Shown here one piece after another: positions 36,276 through 50,359 of a stretch of DNA of 64,000 bases. Within the stretch, counting starts at the first letter, position 1, and each line of letters begins with the position of its first letter. The translations under genes and the position numbers were made by a program. Under the pieces are notes generated by a model. That model worked only from the letters and a program-made list of their open reading frames with translations, made no database searches and was not told the origin of the DNA. The stretch is taken from the NCBI RefSeq assembly GCF_009914755.1, contig NC_060933.1. One strand, given 5' to 3'. This DNA comes from the human T2T-CHM13v2.0 reference genome, Homo sapiens.

Positions 36276-38108
36276 TGCCTACCTGGGAGAAGCCTCAGAG
36301 ATCCCTGTAGCCCGCATATCCTGTCGTATCCACAAGGGACTTGTCCCAGGTCACAGAGAAAATCACAGGCAGCACTGGGGCTAGAACTCACATCTCCTGA
36401 AGCTCAAACCAGCACTTCAAGTTCTCTGCTGTTATGTGTTTCAGTCACTTTCCCGACCCAGGAGAGGCACGATCTAAATCATCCTTTCCCAAACCATCAC
36501 CCAGAAATCTCTATTTGACAAACTTCCGAGACTGCTTTCTTTGTGATGCTTCTAATCCTCATGCGTGGTGAGGAAGATGGCAGGTAGGGGAAAAGCTTAG
36601 GAGCTTAGTTCCTGTTTATCCATGTGTCATTCTTTTAGTCCCTGAGGCTACAATATCCATTTAGAAAGATTAAATAAAATGGAGTTGGGGACAGAGAAAG
36701 GGGAGCTCAGGGGGAGGCCGAGCGAAAGAAGAAAGTGGAATTCTCTAAGCATTAGACTAAAGAGCCTAAGACATTACTCATTCTCAAATGGGTCTCACTT
36801 CTTAAAGACAAACTGGCTTCCTGGGAAATCGCAGGCAGGTGAAAGCAGCTTGGGTGATTCTTTTTTTGTCCGTGAACTTGGCTTTTCTTTTCAGCATTCT
36901 CAGGTGCACTCAGGGCCCTGGGAAGAGATTGGGCTTTTTCAAAAGACATTTCCACCTCCTAATCTCTGTGCCTACAAACCAAATATTGATCTATTTAGTA
37001 AACCAGCCCATGGGAGGAGAGATTATAAAGCCCTGTTTACTCAGCAGTTGGGCCCCCCTGACAGCTGTTCAATGAGGGATTATGATGTCACAGTGGTAAT
37101 TACACTATAAACAGGGGATAGGAGGAGAATAAAGCATGAAAGGGAACGCTGGGCTTGTTACCAGGCAACACAAAATATGCAACCTGAAACCAGGCAAGCA
37201 TGTAAATTTCCTTACAAGCCTCCCAGATGTCCTCACTTTATGGCCAATGCTCAGTTTCAGTTTCAATTTGTTTATTTGCCCTTCTTCAATCACAAATGTG
37301 GAGCTGAGAATGTTGGAAGAGAGAAGAGAAAGCAAGGAAAAATAAGACAAGGAGGGCCCCTGCTCTCTCCCCCGGGGGTGTAAGTGGGTCCTGAGAAAGA
37401 GAAGGGGCTGAGTCCGCTCTGTGCAGAAAGCTCTAGAGGTCAATGTCCCAGAAGGAAGATCAAACCAGTAAAGAGGCTAAAGGCAGCTAAGAAAAAGAGC
37501 CCAGGAAAGAGGAGAAAGAGAAAAGGGGAGTGGAAAGTGAGAAGATAAAACTGGCTACCTAGGAAAAGGAAGAAGAGTCCATTGCAGGATCAGACCCCAG
37601 GAACTAGAAGGGGCCCCTGGAGTCCCCACGGTCACAGCCCCACCTAGTGGGTGCCCTATGTTCTTTATGCTATTCTTTTAGTGATGGCATTCCTCATGGT
37701 GCCAGGCAGCTCTGCCTTTCTCTGGGTGGCTTTATCGGAAAAGTCCTAGGTTGAGCTGAAATCAGCATCCCGGTTCTAGACGCCTCCCCAACCCATTTGT
37801 TCAGATTCCACGCCTCAGGAAAAGTACCTTACAGCCCCACAGAGATTTGGAAACAATGGCCAGGATACCCTGTGTTTTTCTTCCCCTGGATTCTCATTCC
37901 AGCAATAGGTCTCCCGGTGGGCTTTTCAGACGAAATTGCTTCTTGCCCAAATCAAACAATTTTCAGTGTGCCTATGTTCCTCTTACAATGTAGGCTTTGA
38001 AACCAGACACACCCTCCCAGGTGTGGTTTGACCTCACAGAATTAAACAGAGCCAGCTACATCTCCCCTCTCTAGTCTCATCCATGAGGCCCTGCTGTTTA
38101 GAGAGCTA

Positions 38109-38311
38109 CAGAGGTGGGCTGGAAATGGCTGCAGCAGGCGCATGAGAGTGGATTGTTAAATTTTCAGGAATTCTGTGAGCCGGTTGTGAATCCTTGGTAG
38201 CTTGAAAGCCACCATGGGGAAAGTATTTGCACCACAGATATCGGGCAAATGCAGGAAACCAAGGCTTTCCTTTACCATCCCCCAGAGAGCGGGTCTACCA
38301 GCACACCACTG
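38109..38311 (+). mobile_element. MER63A-like hAT-Blackjack MITE
   Basis: TIRs CAGAGGTGGGCTGG / CCAGCACACCACTG, with internal GATTGTTAAATTTTCAGGAATT and TTGGTAGCTTGAAA. Confidence 0.85.
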
Positions 38312-39619
38312 TCCCCGACCAACCACTTTCCACTTCTTTTGGGATTCAGTGCCTCGCAGAAGATAGGCAGAAGCCTGAAGCCAGAGAGCCTCACAAATGA
38401 CAGGCCTTCCTACAAAAAGCTTTGAAAGAGGGAACCAGTGCCTCTGTTAGATCTAAAGATCATGGGACAGGAGTTTAATTCCTTTTGACTCTTCCAACTA
38501 GCGTGACCACCTTTGCTGACTAAGAACCTTTCTCTTGGGAGTGGCTCACATTATGGCCACACAGTTTTCCACAGGGCCCTCCAAGAGGCAGATGTTGAAT
38601 GGCCAGGTTGCCTAAATAAATAAATAAATAAAGTCACTAAACTGAATTGTAGAGGTGGCTGCAGTTGCTTGCATGGACACAAACACAGCAGCTCAATCAG
38701 TGGCTTTTCTGCAAACCTGGGAATTCTGTGAAATTTCTTCTTTTTTTTAACTCTAGGAATAACTGTCTAGAATGATGGTTTGGCCAGAGCTAAGTTTCCA
38801 TCCTGGTTCAGCCCCTCCCTTGGTGTTTGATGGGATGTTCATTAGTTTCCCTTGCTGGGCCTCAGTTTCCATATCAGTCAGTGGTATGGGTTGAGTCTTA
38901 GGATGTCTAACTGCAGATGAGTTTTGCAACTGACTCCAACATGGGCTGTGGCATTCATATTCTGATGAGTGCAGTGAGCAGAGCTGAGTTGGTTGAGCAG
39001 TGTTTTTGTACAAGCTAATCTTACTGTGCAGACTTGCTCTCTGCCTTCACTCCTGTTGTCCTGGGTGATGGTTTGTTTGCTGTGACCAGCCTCTCCTCAG
39101 ATGCACTGTCAATGCTGATGAAATTGTCCTCAGTATTGCAGCTCTGGGCCAGATTATCTCCCAGAGAGTCTCCTCCAATCCCAAGCTGATTTGAAGTCAC
39201 TTCCCTAAAAGAGGCATCCTCAGGTGACCCACCCTGAAGCTTCAGATGAAGTAGAGGTCTGGGGGCCTTGGCGAAGCCTCCACCCCTTTGCGAAGATTCT
39301 TTCTTTGGATCTTACTGGAACCTTTCTCAAGAGCAAAAGCTCACAGTCTTTTTCGTTTGCCAACCTTATGACAACTTAGAATGCACCCCAGTGCTCATAC
39401 TGCATCTTCATCCCATGTTCCTTTCAAGAGCCCAGGTTCTGAAGTCAGAGAATCCTACATCATTTGCCAACCCAGTCTTTATCTCATCTCCTCTCTGCCA
39501 CCCCCAACTGCAGCCATCCTGGCTTCTTGCTCAGCATCTACACTGCGTGTCCCTACTTCCCAAATTGCTCCTTCCACACATGTCCATATGAACTGATTTC
39601 CTTGAGTGTTCACAGAACA

Positions 39620-39840
39620 CTCCACTAATCCCTCCCTACTCCACTCCCAGTGTGATCTGTCTCCATAGATTATCACCATCTTGACCATGATGTACTTTAC
39701 TACCTGCATTTACCCTTTCCCCAGAATGTTAGGTCCAGGAGCACAGAGGCTTTGTTTTGTTCACTGCTGAATCCCCAGTGACTAGAACAGTGTCCGGCAC
39801 ATAGTAGGCACACAATTAATATTTGCCCAATGATTGAATA
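39620..39840 (+). mobile_element. L2 3' end
   Basis: TTTGTTCACTGCTGAATCCCCAGTGACTAGAACAGTGTCCGGCACATAGTAGGCAC. Confidence 0.85.
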
Positions 39841-39842
39841 TA

Positions 39843-40510
39843 CAGTCGGTTCTCATTATTCTTGGATTCTGCGTCTGTGAATTTGTTTACTTGCTAAATT
39901 TATTTGTAACCCTAAAATCAATATGGCAATTTCGAAGTTATTCATAAACATGTGCAGAGCAGTGAAAAATTTGAGTTGCCCAAAACACCTGTTCTCAGCT
40001 GAGGTTGAATAAGACACTGTCTTCTGGTTTCAGCTTTCATGATGTAAACATGTGTCCTCTTCACAGTCTGTTTGGTGCCATGCTTTTCCCATTTTTTGTT
40101 GGTGATGTCACTGTTTAAAATGACCGCCAAGCATAGTACTGAAGTGCTATCTAGCGTTCCTAAGTGCAAGAAGGTTGTGATGTGCCTTACGGAGAAAATA
40201 CTTGTGTTAGATAAATTTCATTCAGGCTTGAGCTTATAGTGCTATTGGCCATGAGTTCAACGTTAATGAATCGACAATATACACTAAAACACGGTGTCCT
40301 TAAACAGAAGCACACAGAAAACAAGGTTATATTAATATATTGACTGGTTGATGAAAATGTTGTGAACAGAGACTTTCAGGAACACAAACCTGTATTTTCC
40401 CTAAGGGCAATTGTTCAGTATTTACTAATTCAGTGTTCAAAGAGACTGAGACTTTATAGATCATAACAACTATAACAACAAAGAACTACTAGAACAACAA
40501 AGATCAACTG
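39843..40510 (+). mobile_element. MER82-like TcMar-Tigger element, full length
   Basis: TA|CAGTCGGTTCTCATTATT...GATCAACTG|TA: TIRs with a TA target duplication. Internal AAGCATAGTACTGAAGTGCTATCTAGCGTTCCTAAGTGCAAGAAGG. Confidence 0.88.
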
Positions 40511-42171
40511 TACATGCATGTGAATGTTGAGCACTAGCCCATTAACAGTGGTAGTGATCTGGCAAGTGACTTTAACTCAGCCATGGGTTCCTAAGCTGTA
40601 AATTGGTAATGATAGCGCCTATCTGCATGGCTGTTCTGAAAAGTAAGTGAGATTATTAATGTCATCAAATGCCTACCACAGTGCCCAACCCATAGAAGGT
40701 ATACCAAAGATGTCTGCTCCTCTTACATTTATCTTGTTCATACATATTTGCAATCCACAGACCAAATGCTTTTTGCTTTCTTGTATTATCAGAAACATTT
40801 CTCCTTGTAGTTCCCATGACTGAAACAGCCCATCAACTGTTCTGGTCCATTCTCCAACTGTTGGCCATTGAGCTTACATCAAATTTTGAATTACACAATG
40901 AGCAACTTTTTAAAAATGTAGTTCTTTCCTCCTTCCCAAGGAGTATATTTCTTTACAGTAAACTCCCAGGAATGAAATTACTAATTTGATGGGTGCCAAC
41001 AATTGTATGGCCCTAAGAGTAAGTTTTGATAGTGGTGATAAGAGGAAGCTTCTTGACAGACATTCAGTCGGGAGTTAGAGGTTTGCCAAGTGATTCACCC
41101 ATTCTCCAGCAGCATTCAACTTCCAGGAGAATTCAGATTTGTGAGAAATCCTAACGATAATCTCATCAAATCAAGGAGGGAAATTGAGACTAGAGAAAAG
41201 AATTGAGTTGTCCAAGGTGCTCTGGCCAGTAGTCAATACCAGACAAAGACTGGACCCCAGGTCCGCTGACTCTCAGGTCATCATTCTTCCCAACACCCTT
41301 TGGCCAGGATGGTAATTAGGATATTCCTACCGGGCTTAGTAACGCTGCTTCCTCAAGCTTTTAGGACCCATGATTTTAAGGAAAGGAAATGTGATAGATA
41401 AACTTTATTTTCTACCGATAAATTTAAATATGCTATTTTGTTCACTCCTTTCCCCTTTGAGTTTCCATGTTGACGTAACAAGAAGCAGGATAAAGAAGAG
41501 GATTTGTGCTCGTCTTTAGGATACAGTATCAAAAGACCAAGGGAGAATCTGAATATGACCAGCACAGCATTGTCCCCACACCTGTCATTTAAACTCTTCC
41601 AACTGTTTTCTGTAGGAGGTACAAAGACAGCAACTTCTCTCACAAGACTTTGAAGCAAATACTGAGCAGTACTTTACTGATATGAAGATAATGAATGCAT
41701 TCATATAAATCATCATGACAGTAATTAATGGTTCCTAGAGAATGGAATGGCCTCGCAGAGTCACCCACTCTGAGTACAATTTTCAAACCACTCTAGAACT
41801 TAACTATCAACTTTGCCTTGAAAAGTTCCTGATGATATCTGAATAGAACAGGCTAGAAGTAGAATAAAGTTTCATACAGAGCTTTATTTCATAAAGTATA
41901 GTTCTTGTACACTTTCAACCAAGAAAGAAAATTCCCCTTCGTGGACCTAGTCTCCATGTTGAGCCAAGGAAGACAATAATCCTCACATTGGCATTAAGAG
42001 AAGAGTTTTGCAGAAATATCTATCTCAGTTATAATCTGGCATTGATGATGAGATGCATTGATGATGAGATGGCCTAATCTGCCATTAGAAGAATTTTATT
42101 GACATGTTATCAGATTTTTCACGTTATCTTTATAGAAGCTAACAGCCCTCTGTTATTGCCTAAGATTGCCA

Positions 42172-42211
42172 GGAAGGAAGGGAGGGAGGGAGGGAGGGAG
42201 GGAGGGAGGGG
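42172..42211. repeat. (GGAA)/(GGGA)n purine microsatellite
   Basis: GGAAGGAAGGGAGGGAGGGAGGGAGGGAGGGAGGGAGGGG. Confidence 0.95.
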
Positions 42212-43889
42212 TCCTAGCTACCCACTTCTAACCCTGAGCTTTTCTTCCTCAATGAACTGATTCACAATCTCATTAAATGAAGGGAAGCAGAAATTGCTCC
42301 CAGATTTTCTCTAGGCCTGTTGGATGGTTGCCTCTTTGGCTGGGATGGGATGTTAGCAGAAATCAGCACAGGCTGTCTCACTGCAGAGCAGATGCCAAGG
42401 TGAGACTTCATGGCCACCAAAGACTCTGATTTGGCTCTTGTCAAATACAAGGTGATTCTGCATGGAAATATTGAGAAGCCAGAGACATGAGCTTTTTCCT
42501 TTTATGCCCCTCCTCTAAAAGCTAGATAAGCCTTGACACATGATGCTTGCTTGATGGGTTTCCTGAGACAAGAAAAGATGATCGGATGATGGGAGCATCC
42601 CAGGGTAGTGCTTTGGTAGGGAAGCTACCACCTGACCCTCTGCTGCCTAATTTAACAAATTATGTATCCCCTCCTGAAAATGTACACATTCAGAAAAGCT
42701 GAAAAAGGAAAAGTACATGAAGAAGGGACTAGACACCAAAAATGGGAGGAGGAAGGCAGCTTCTATGGCACGTAAACTTCTCCCTCTCTTTATTCCCATT
42801 GGTACTATCAGATTCTCCCTAATTAAGCAAGCAGAGAATCCCATTCATAGCCTTAGGTGGAAGTGATGAACGCCGTAAAAGACTAGGGTAACAGTACTGT
42901 CTCTGCTGAATTCTGTCCTAAAAGTTCAGAGGGCATGAGGACAAACTGGCTTTGGTAAACAATAGTGCAAACAAATAATGAGGCTAATAAACCATCATTC
43001 TATGTGATGCATGATGGAATATACTAGGGGCATTGTTAAATTTTTTATTAGACCACTCTTTGAAAGAACATGACTCGTAATTTTAATTTCAATTATTGTA
43101 ACTCACGTCACTGGATTCTTGTTATACCAGTCCTACTACTAAAAAGTATTTACAACAATCAGCAATTCTTCTACCTGAAGGCTCACAAATTACACTTAAA
43201 AGTTTCAATAATGTCTACTAATCTTTTACTTTGAACAAGACATGAATGGAGATGAACATGGAAGTGAAATATCTTATGAACCTTCCAGTTTTGATATAAA
43301 GGACAGATTTGTCACCACATGAAAGCACAGTGGGTAATTACCAGGTGGTTGAAATGACAATTAACTCCATCCTTAATAATTATAATTTGACAGACAATAA
43401 ATCAAGATGGCAGCCATCTGTAAATAAACACCCACAGAGCCAGCTGAACAATATTGCACAATAGCTTAACCTCATAAACTAGCAAACTAGTTCTGACTAG
43501 TGAGCAAGTAAATCTCCTAAACACCAGAGAGAAGCAAGTTTTTGGGTCACCATGTTCCTACATTGTGTCAGCTGGACACAGTTGAGGGCCTAGTGTTGTT
43601 TTGTTTTGTTTTGTTTTCATTTGATTTTTTTTCTAGGACAATTACTGTTATTTTCCACAAAACATTAGCTTATTTTAAAATATGGGGTTTATGACTTTTA
43701 CGGTTCAAGTGAAACTGTTCTCACAAATAGCTCTATCCTGGGGCCTTATGAATCTCCTAGCATACTGTGCCTCGGCCACAGACCAACAGCCACCGTTTAC
43801 TGCCTCTCTCTATTGAAAGCCTCTCCTCATTCAGCTTCCATTACATTTTTTTTTTTCAGGATTCTTTCCTGGATTTTGAGAATGTGATG

Positions 43890-44135
43890 GTATTAGTATC
43901 AACAACAGGAACGTATGTTCTTTCTTACCATCTGCTAACTGGTTTATATGCAGTTTATTGGTTAATCCTCTTAATAGCCCTGTGAAGTAGAAATCTTATT
44001 TTCTAATTACCCTTAAGAACAGGGAAGCCAAGAATGATCCAGTCACTTTCTCAGGGTCATACAGCTAGTAAACGGGGAGGCAAAGATTTTTAACACAAGT
44101 CAATAACCCTGAGGCTGTGGCTCTCAACTCTGCTG
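43890..44135 (-). mobile_element. MIR SINE
   Basis: TTAATCCTCTTAATAGCCCTGTGAAGTAG...CAGGGTCATACAGCTAGTAA. Confidence 0.7.
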
Positions 44136-44344
44136 CTTCATCTGCAGAGTCTTTATTATTTTTTTTCAGGCTTTATGTTGGTTATTTTTTTTGAATTTCA
44201 CTAAAATATCCTTTTCTTGGTATGTCAGCTACTCTCATGCAGCTGTCATTTCGTTGCTAAAGAATCCCAAATCTATCTTTAACTCAGGTCTGCCCTGCAA
44301 ATACCAGATTCTTGTAGCAACACATTGCTGTAACCCCCACCTGG

Positions 44345-45295
44345 ATTTATTCTTTCATTCAGCAAATATCTATTAAGTATCATAACTTGTGGTCAGGCAC
44401 TGTTAGGTACAAGGACTACAGTGGAAAACAATGCAGAAATCAGTGACTTTGTGGAACATATATTATAGATGCAAGACAGTGGGAGAAATACAAACAGTCG
44501 ATAAAATTTAAAGGTAAAATATAGAGTATGATTGATGGTGATATGTACTAAAGGGGAAAAAAACAGAAAGGAGGGATTGGGAGATCAGAGGGAGAAGGGA
44601 ACCTACCTCTTAGGGAAGGTGGCCATAGGAGACCTCACTGGGGAGGTGATGTCACAGCAAAGACCTGGAGGAGGAGAAGGAGCTGCTGAGGTGGGCACCT
44701 GAGGAAAAGCCATTCCGGGCTGGGGGACAGTTGCTGGAAGGCTCCTATGCAGAGCATGAGGAATGCTAAGGAATCCAAGATGGCAGAGTGGTTCAGAGAA
44801 GGCTGGAGCAGGAGAATAGGAAGCCCCAGAGGCAATGGGGCAAGGCTGCAGGGTTGGGAGGGGTGGGTTACGCAGACCAGCGCTGTGAATACTTGGGGAT
44901 TTTACTCTGAGTGAGATGGGCTGGCCTTGGAAGGCTTTGGACAGAGGAGTCAGGATCTGACTACTCTTTAAAAGGCCCATCCTGGCCACTGTGTTAAGAA
45001 CAGGCTGAAGGAGGGCAAGGTGGAAACCAGAGGGGCAGCTTAGGGGGCTATTTCAATAATCCTGCAAAGGATGATGGTGGCTCTGATGAGTGTGGTAGCC
45101 GTTCAAGCAGTGAGAAATGATCAGATACTGAATCTATTTTGAAGAAAATGGCAGCATAATTTTCTGAAGGATCAGATGTGGGGTGCACGGGAGAGGAATC
45201 ATGGTGGACACTTAAACCATTTGCTGAGAAGGGGAAGTGTGACAGAAGCAGGTCTGGGGGTGGGATTGGGGAAAAGATTGGAAGCTTAGTACTAA
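44345..45295 (-). mobile_element. L2 (L2a-like), ~0.95 kb 3' portion
   Basis: TTCATTCAGCAAATATCTATTAAG tail, then GGATTTTACTCTGAGTGAGATGGG...GATGATGGTGGC...GAATCTATTTTGAAG. Confidence 0.88.
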
Positions 45296-46127
45296 ATATT
45301 CCCAGGTGGTTTTTGTATGCATGTGTACAAAACAGACACCGATTGTTTCACACACACACACACACACACAAACACACAAACACACACGGTCCTTTCTCCT
45401 GTATATTCTTAATCTCCATTAACAAAACTATCCAACCAGACATTCATGCTAGATTTAAAGATCCTATTGCCTCTTCCTCATTCCAGCATTTAAGCATTCC
45501 CTCTAGGTCATCCCTGTCAGCATTACACAGGTTCTCATTCCATGAGTACACCTTGTTTTCTGTGTCAGGGTATAAATCTTCCCCTCAATACAGGTGATAC
45601 ACTTGGTCACCTTCTACTTGACCTTGCTTCACAAATATCAACCACTGTTTAAGGCACAACTTAAATATTCCTTCTTCTCTGTAGCCTTTATGAGCTCAAC
45701 AGCAAAATTAGCTACTCACTCCTGTCATTCAAGTATTTCTTATTCAACAAGCCCATATGACTTTTCTATTTTGGGCATCTCTTGGTACTTGTAGTATAGC
45801 ATGTATGTGGACATGATGAGAGACAAGACCACAGGAGGAATGGGGAATGCATTCATAAAGGACCCTGAACATCATGCTATGAGGATTGTACTTCTCCATC
45901 AAGCTGACAGAGTTAGCTCTACAATAGTAGAGTTTCAAGAAAACAGAGGGTCTAGTTTAATGTGAGTCTTCAAGAATTCACTCCAGTAACCATATGAAGG
46001 GTGAGCTGGAGGGTAAAATAAGTCAGAAAAGACTTGATGAGCTCCTGAAAAAAGGTAGGTTTAATGGGGATGGAGAATATAGAACAGATCTGGCTTTTCT
46101 GAACTAGACTCTATTGGGCTTATGGAT

Positions 46128-46370
46128 ACTATTTATTGAGCTTTGCCATTTACCAGACACTATTTTAATTATTATACCTGTGTTAACTTATTTAGTTCTC
46201 TCAACCGTCTCATGCAGGAAATAGTGTTCTTAGCTCCATTTTACATAGGAGTTAAACTAATATCTGGATAGGATTGAGTAAGTCACCCAAGTCACATAGC
46301 TATGAAGTAAAAGTGCCTAGATGTGAATATAGGAAGCTGCTCCAGAGCCCATGCTCTTCTTCCTCACTGT
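46128..46370 (-). mobile_element. MIR SINE
   Basis: ATTTATTGAGC...CCAGACACT...CTCCATTTTACATAG...CCCAAGTCACATAGCTA...CCAGAGCCCATGCTCTT. Confidence 0.75.
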
Positions 46371-47789
46371 TCTACCTCCTACAACATAGTGTATTCATAT
46401 AAAACTATATTTAGCTGAGAAAGAACATTTTCCAACCCATATTAATCCAAATTTAATGTCTACTTTAATAACTTCTGCAAAATCTCCCTTTCAAAATATA
46501 CCATCTGTGAACAGTACATGCTATAACTTGTGTTTATATGGGTACTTAGCCACTATGTGATGTTTTTCTTAGTCTTTGTTTCCCCTTCAGTCAAATGAAG
46601 GGAAACATCTAGCATATGGAAGCATTTCCACTCTACAAGTTGTGCTGAAGGGGAATATTATGCAATTTGCAAACACTGTCAAATAAAATATAAATATGCA
46701 TTAGAAAAATGCTGTGTGGAGACAAATACATCTTGTATCGATGATTCATTTGGTCAATCATTTTTTTATTCAACAAACATTAATCAGTCACCTATGTTAT
46801 GACAGGAGCAGTGGTCAGCAGTGGGAAGAGAGAGATGAATAAGACTTATCCCTTGTCATTGAGGAAAACTCACAGGCTTGTGATTTTTATTTTTAAATGA
46901 TCAGGGCTGGATGAAAATTTTTCAATTGACTCTCATTACTCATTAACCATCTTAAAAATAAAGAAAATCCTGTGTTTTGATTCATGTAGACCTATGGTCT
47001 TTAGCCCAGTTCTGCCTCTTAGTACCTAGACATGTTGTCCCATCTATCTGAGGCTCAATTTCCTCAACTTAAAATAAGACAGGATGGTGGTGAGAATTAG
47101 GAATACGCCTAGCATATAAGTGCTAGTTTGAATCAGAGTAGTTAAATGAATGACTAATGTGGCTTTTTATTTTTTCAATCACCGGTACCATTTCCAAGGG
47201 TCCAGTCAAAAGTCATACCTGTTCCAAAACTAGCAAACAACAACGACAAATAAAAACCTCCCTGGTGGCTTCAGGTAGAAAGGACACGGCCTATCAGGAA
47301 CTGAATTGGTCAAGTTTTTGCAAAAGCAGACCTGGAATATGCTGACATACCTTGTCAACAGCTAATACACCCAAGAAGGAAGGGCAAGTTTTCTGAGCAT
47401 CGGCTTATGAAGGAGGAATGAAACTTGCTAAAGAAATGGTGAAGACTTGTACAACAATGAAGAGAACAGCTACTTCAGAACCGGTGTCCCCACAGAGAGA
47501 GAAAACTGTTCTCCTGAAAATGTCCCAATAGGTTTTCTTCAGTGGAGTTACACCAGCAAAATGGTTGGCTCTCTCCTGACAGGGGGACCACAGTAAACAA
47601 GATTTCATGAATGAGACAGTCCCACCCATCACTGTAGGTGTGAGTCAACAGGGGATTCCCCACAGAAACCCCATAATAATAATAAAAAAAAAAGGTCAGA
47701 CTGGTTCTTTCACCTCAACATGGCAGGCAGCTTACCCTATAGGAGTACCAGATGGAAAGAGCGAACGGGGAAGGAAACCAACAAATATC

Positions 47790-48050
47790 ACGCACATTTC
47801 ATGTGTCAAATTTTTTTTGTCAGGCTCTTTTCCTTGGTTAACTTATCTAATATTCCCAGTAACTCAATTAGGCAGGTCGTTATTATTTCTAGTTAACTGG
47901 GTGAGGAAACTGAAACTCAGAGAGGTAAGTTGGATTTCTCCTGAAGCTGTTCAACAGGTTTTCTCCAAAAAGATACCAGCTTCTCACCACTAGGAGGTGG
48001 AATTTGAATCTAGATCTTTCTGACGTCAAAACCTATGTTCATTCTGCCAT
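47790..48050 (-). mobile_element. MIR SINE
   Basis: GTGAGGAAACTGAAACTCAGAGAGGTAAGT...GAATTTGAATCTAGATCTTTCTGAC. Confidence 0.75.
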
Positions 48051-48099
48051 TCTGTGTCTTGGAGTAAATCTGAAATCAGTCGGTTTAGGCCATCTGATT

Positions 48100-48591
48100 A
48101 TTTTCCATTTGTCAGACCACTCCCTTTCCCCCAAGACAAGTCTCTTACCTTCTCTTCTATCTGCCACAGATGCCCAGGAGACTGACCTGTATAGTGAGTA
48201 TCACAAATCTCCCTGCCCTCTGGTTTTTGGTTGGGCTTCGCCAAAGAGAAGTGCCAGCAAGTGATCAGAAGGTAAAAGCAGAGAAAGAGATTGAGGTATT
48301 TATTCTTCCGTATACTCCCAGCCTTGCACCGAGCTGTGGCTGCAATTCTACCACTCTAGGTCTATTACGCCATGCTTGTTCCAAGGCTCCAGCATTCAAG
48401 TTCTATCTCTGGCTTTTCTGCCTGGGACAATAAGACCTTCCTGCTATTGACGATTCCTGGATGTCTAACCATTCCTTGTTGATTCTTTTAACATTGCTTA
48501 TGTGTCTGTAGATCCTGTCTTTATGAAATTATATTCAGCTAACCCCTTTTGAGTGTACCATTTTGTTCCCTGTTAAGACTCTAATGATATA
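48100..48591 (+). mobile_element. LTR33-like ERVL solo LTR
   Basis: GGAGACTGACCTGTAT...TGCCCTCTGG...GGTATTTATTC...TTTGAGTGTACCATT...CTAATGATATA. Confidence 0.75.
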
Positions 48592-50359
48592 GTATTGAGC
48601 TAAAAACTAGTGTATATTTAATTCCACCATAGTTTAGAGACTTAAATTGGTCTTAAGATATCTAGTAAATAGCATCGTCTTGCATCTTATGGAAATGAAT
48701 CAGCTGAAATTGCAGTGAACACATTTTGTTTGGAGCTGATCAGCTTGCTGGAGGGCCCATAAACTCCCCACATGTTATTGGCAACCACTACGGTGAATGA
48801 AATTTCCCAGTCGCACTTGGAATGTGATGTTTTTCCATAAGGCCGTGCTACGAAGATGAAATCCAAAGAATATGAAAACACGCTTTATGGACCCTGCCAA
48901 GAAGTCCTCTAGAATGTAGGCAAAATGGAGCTAAAAGCATTTGTAACTCTGTCATAGAAAGTGGGGCTTTGGTTGGGAGAAGTTTGACTGAAATCACTTG
49001 AGCCCTCCTGACGCTGGCTTTTGGGAATGAGTGAGTACTTTGTAAATGAACTGAGAAATGTCTCACCCTTAATTACCTTTTTGAAGCTTTCAGAGGGCTC
49101 CTACACAATAGCAGTTTGTCCATGAAACACATAAATCAAAGGGCCAACCATGAGGCCTGAAGTCATACCTCAGTAAATCTGTTAGGTGAAGGCCAAGACT
49201 CTGTTTACTAATGCAAAAACAAAGTTGAGATTTTAGCTTCTTATCCTAAAAAGTTTGTCTCCTCCACCCCCCAAAAAGTGCACCAAACAATTGCCAGCTA
49301 CCTATCCTGATAAGTGTCTGTACAATAGTCTTATTATCTGCCTTAATCCACATACAAAGACCTACCTTATGTTATTTACAGGCACAACATGCAGGAGGTG
49401 CTTCTCTCTGGGAACATTTCAGGAGATGCCATTGTTGTTGAGGTTCTTTGGTCTTGTGGCTTTTGGCACTAAGGCAAACGTGGTAACTGCAATTTTCACA
49501 CATTCGCCCCAGAAGAACATTTTATAAGAGAGTATGTTTGCTCTTCTAAAGCTATCTATGAATTATTCAGTATCTATCCTCTCACTCCCCCAACTCCATC
49601 CTAACAGTTTTCCTGCACAAACTTTTAGGGCTTTCCACTAACAGGAGAACACAGAGTAGGTGATCTGATTTTTGCATGAATAAATATAAGTGCTTCATGA
49701 ATATATTTTTATTTCTAGTCTGTAAGAATTTTTGTGGGATGATAATTACATTTGTTTTAATTGCCCTGTTTGTTTAAAAACACTGGGGATGTTTTTCTTC
49801 ATCCATCTTCCAGCTTATGTAGCTTCAGACAAGTGACACAGCATCTCTGGCTTTTCCCATCCATAGAACTGGGACACGAGCTTTTGCTTCATTGCACTGT
49901 TGTGCTGATTAAATATTATAATCTTTGTGAGCAGCCTAGCATCATGACGGGCATATTAAAGAGGTTCACCAGTATCCAGCCCATGCCATTCCTTCTGAAC
50001 TGTCAGCATGAACGTATCATGTAAATGGATATAGAGAAGGATGGAAAGGGCCCAGGGAAGATTCCCTATTTGGAGGAAACATGGATTTAATGGTTTGGCG
50101 GACAATCTGGGTTCACCCTACCCAAATCTTTGCTGATGTTTTAGATCTTGTACTCAGGCCACCTTTTTCAGGCTTCCCTAGTGGTCAGGTGGTTTTTTAC
50201 TAGAAATATTTCAGATGGTGAACTTTATATTTTATCCATTTTTTTCTGTTTCTAGATCCTCTCCTAGCTCTCCAGCAGATGCCATTTTGTCCGTGATAGT
50301 TTAATAAGTTTCTAATACCATGTGTTTCCAATACCATTTGACTTTTCCCATTATTCTTC

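Noticed and set aside
41600-41710. Possible terminal exon after CTGTTTTCTGTAG reading EVQRQQLLSQDFEANTEQYFTDMKIMNAFI*
   Set aside because: No recognisable homology and no partner exons; acceptor-like sequences are common. Would need RNA-seq or EST evidence.
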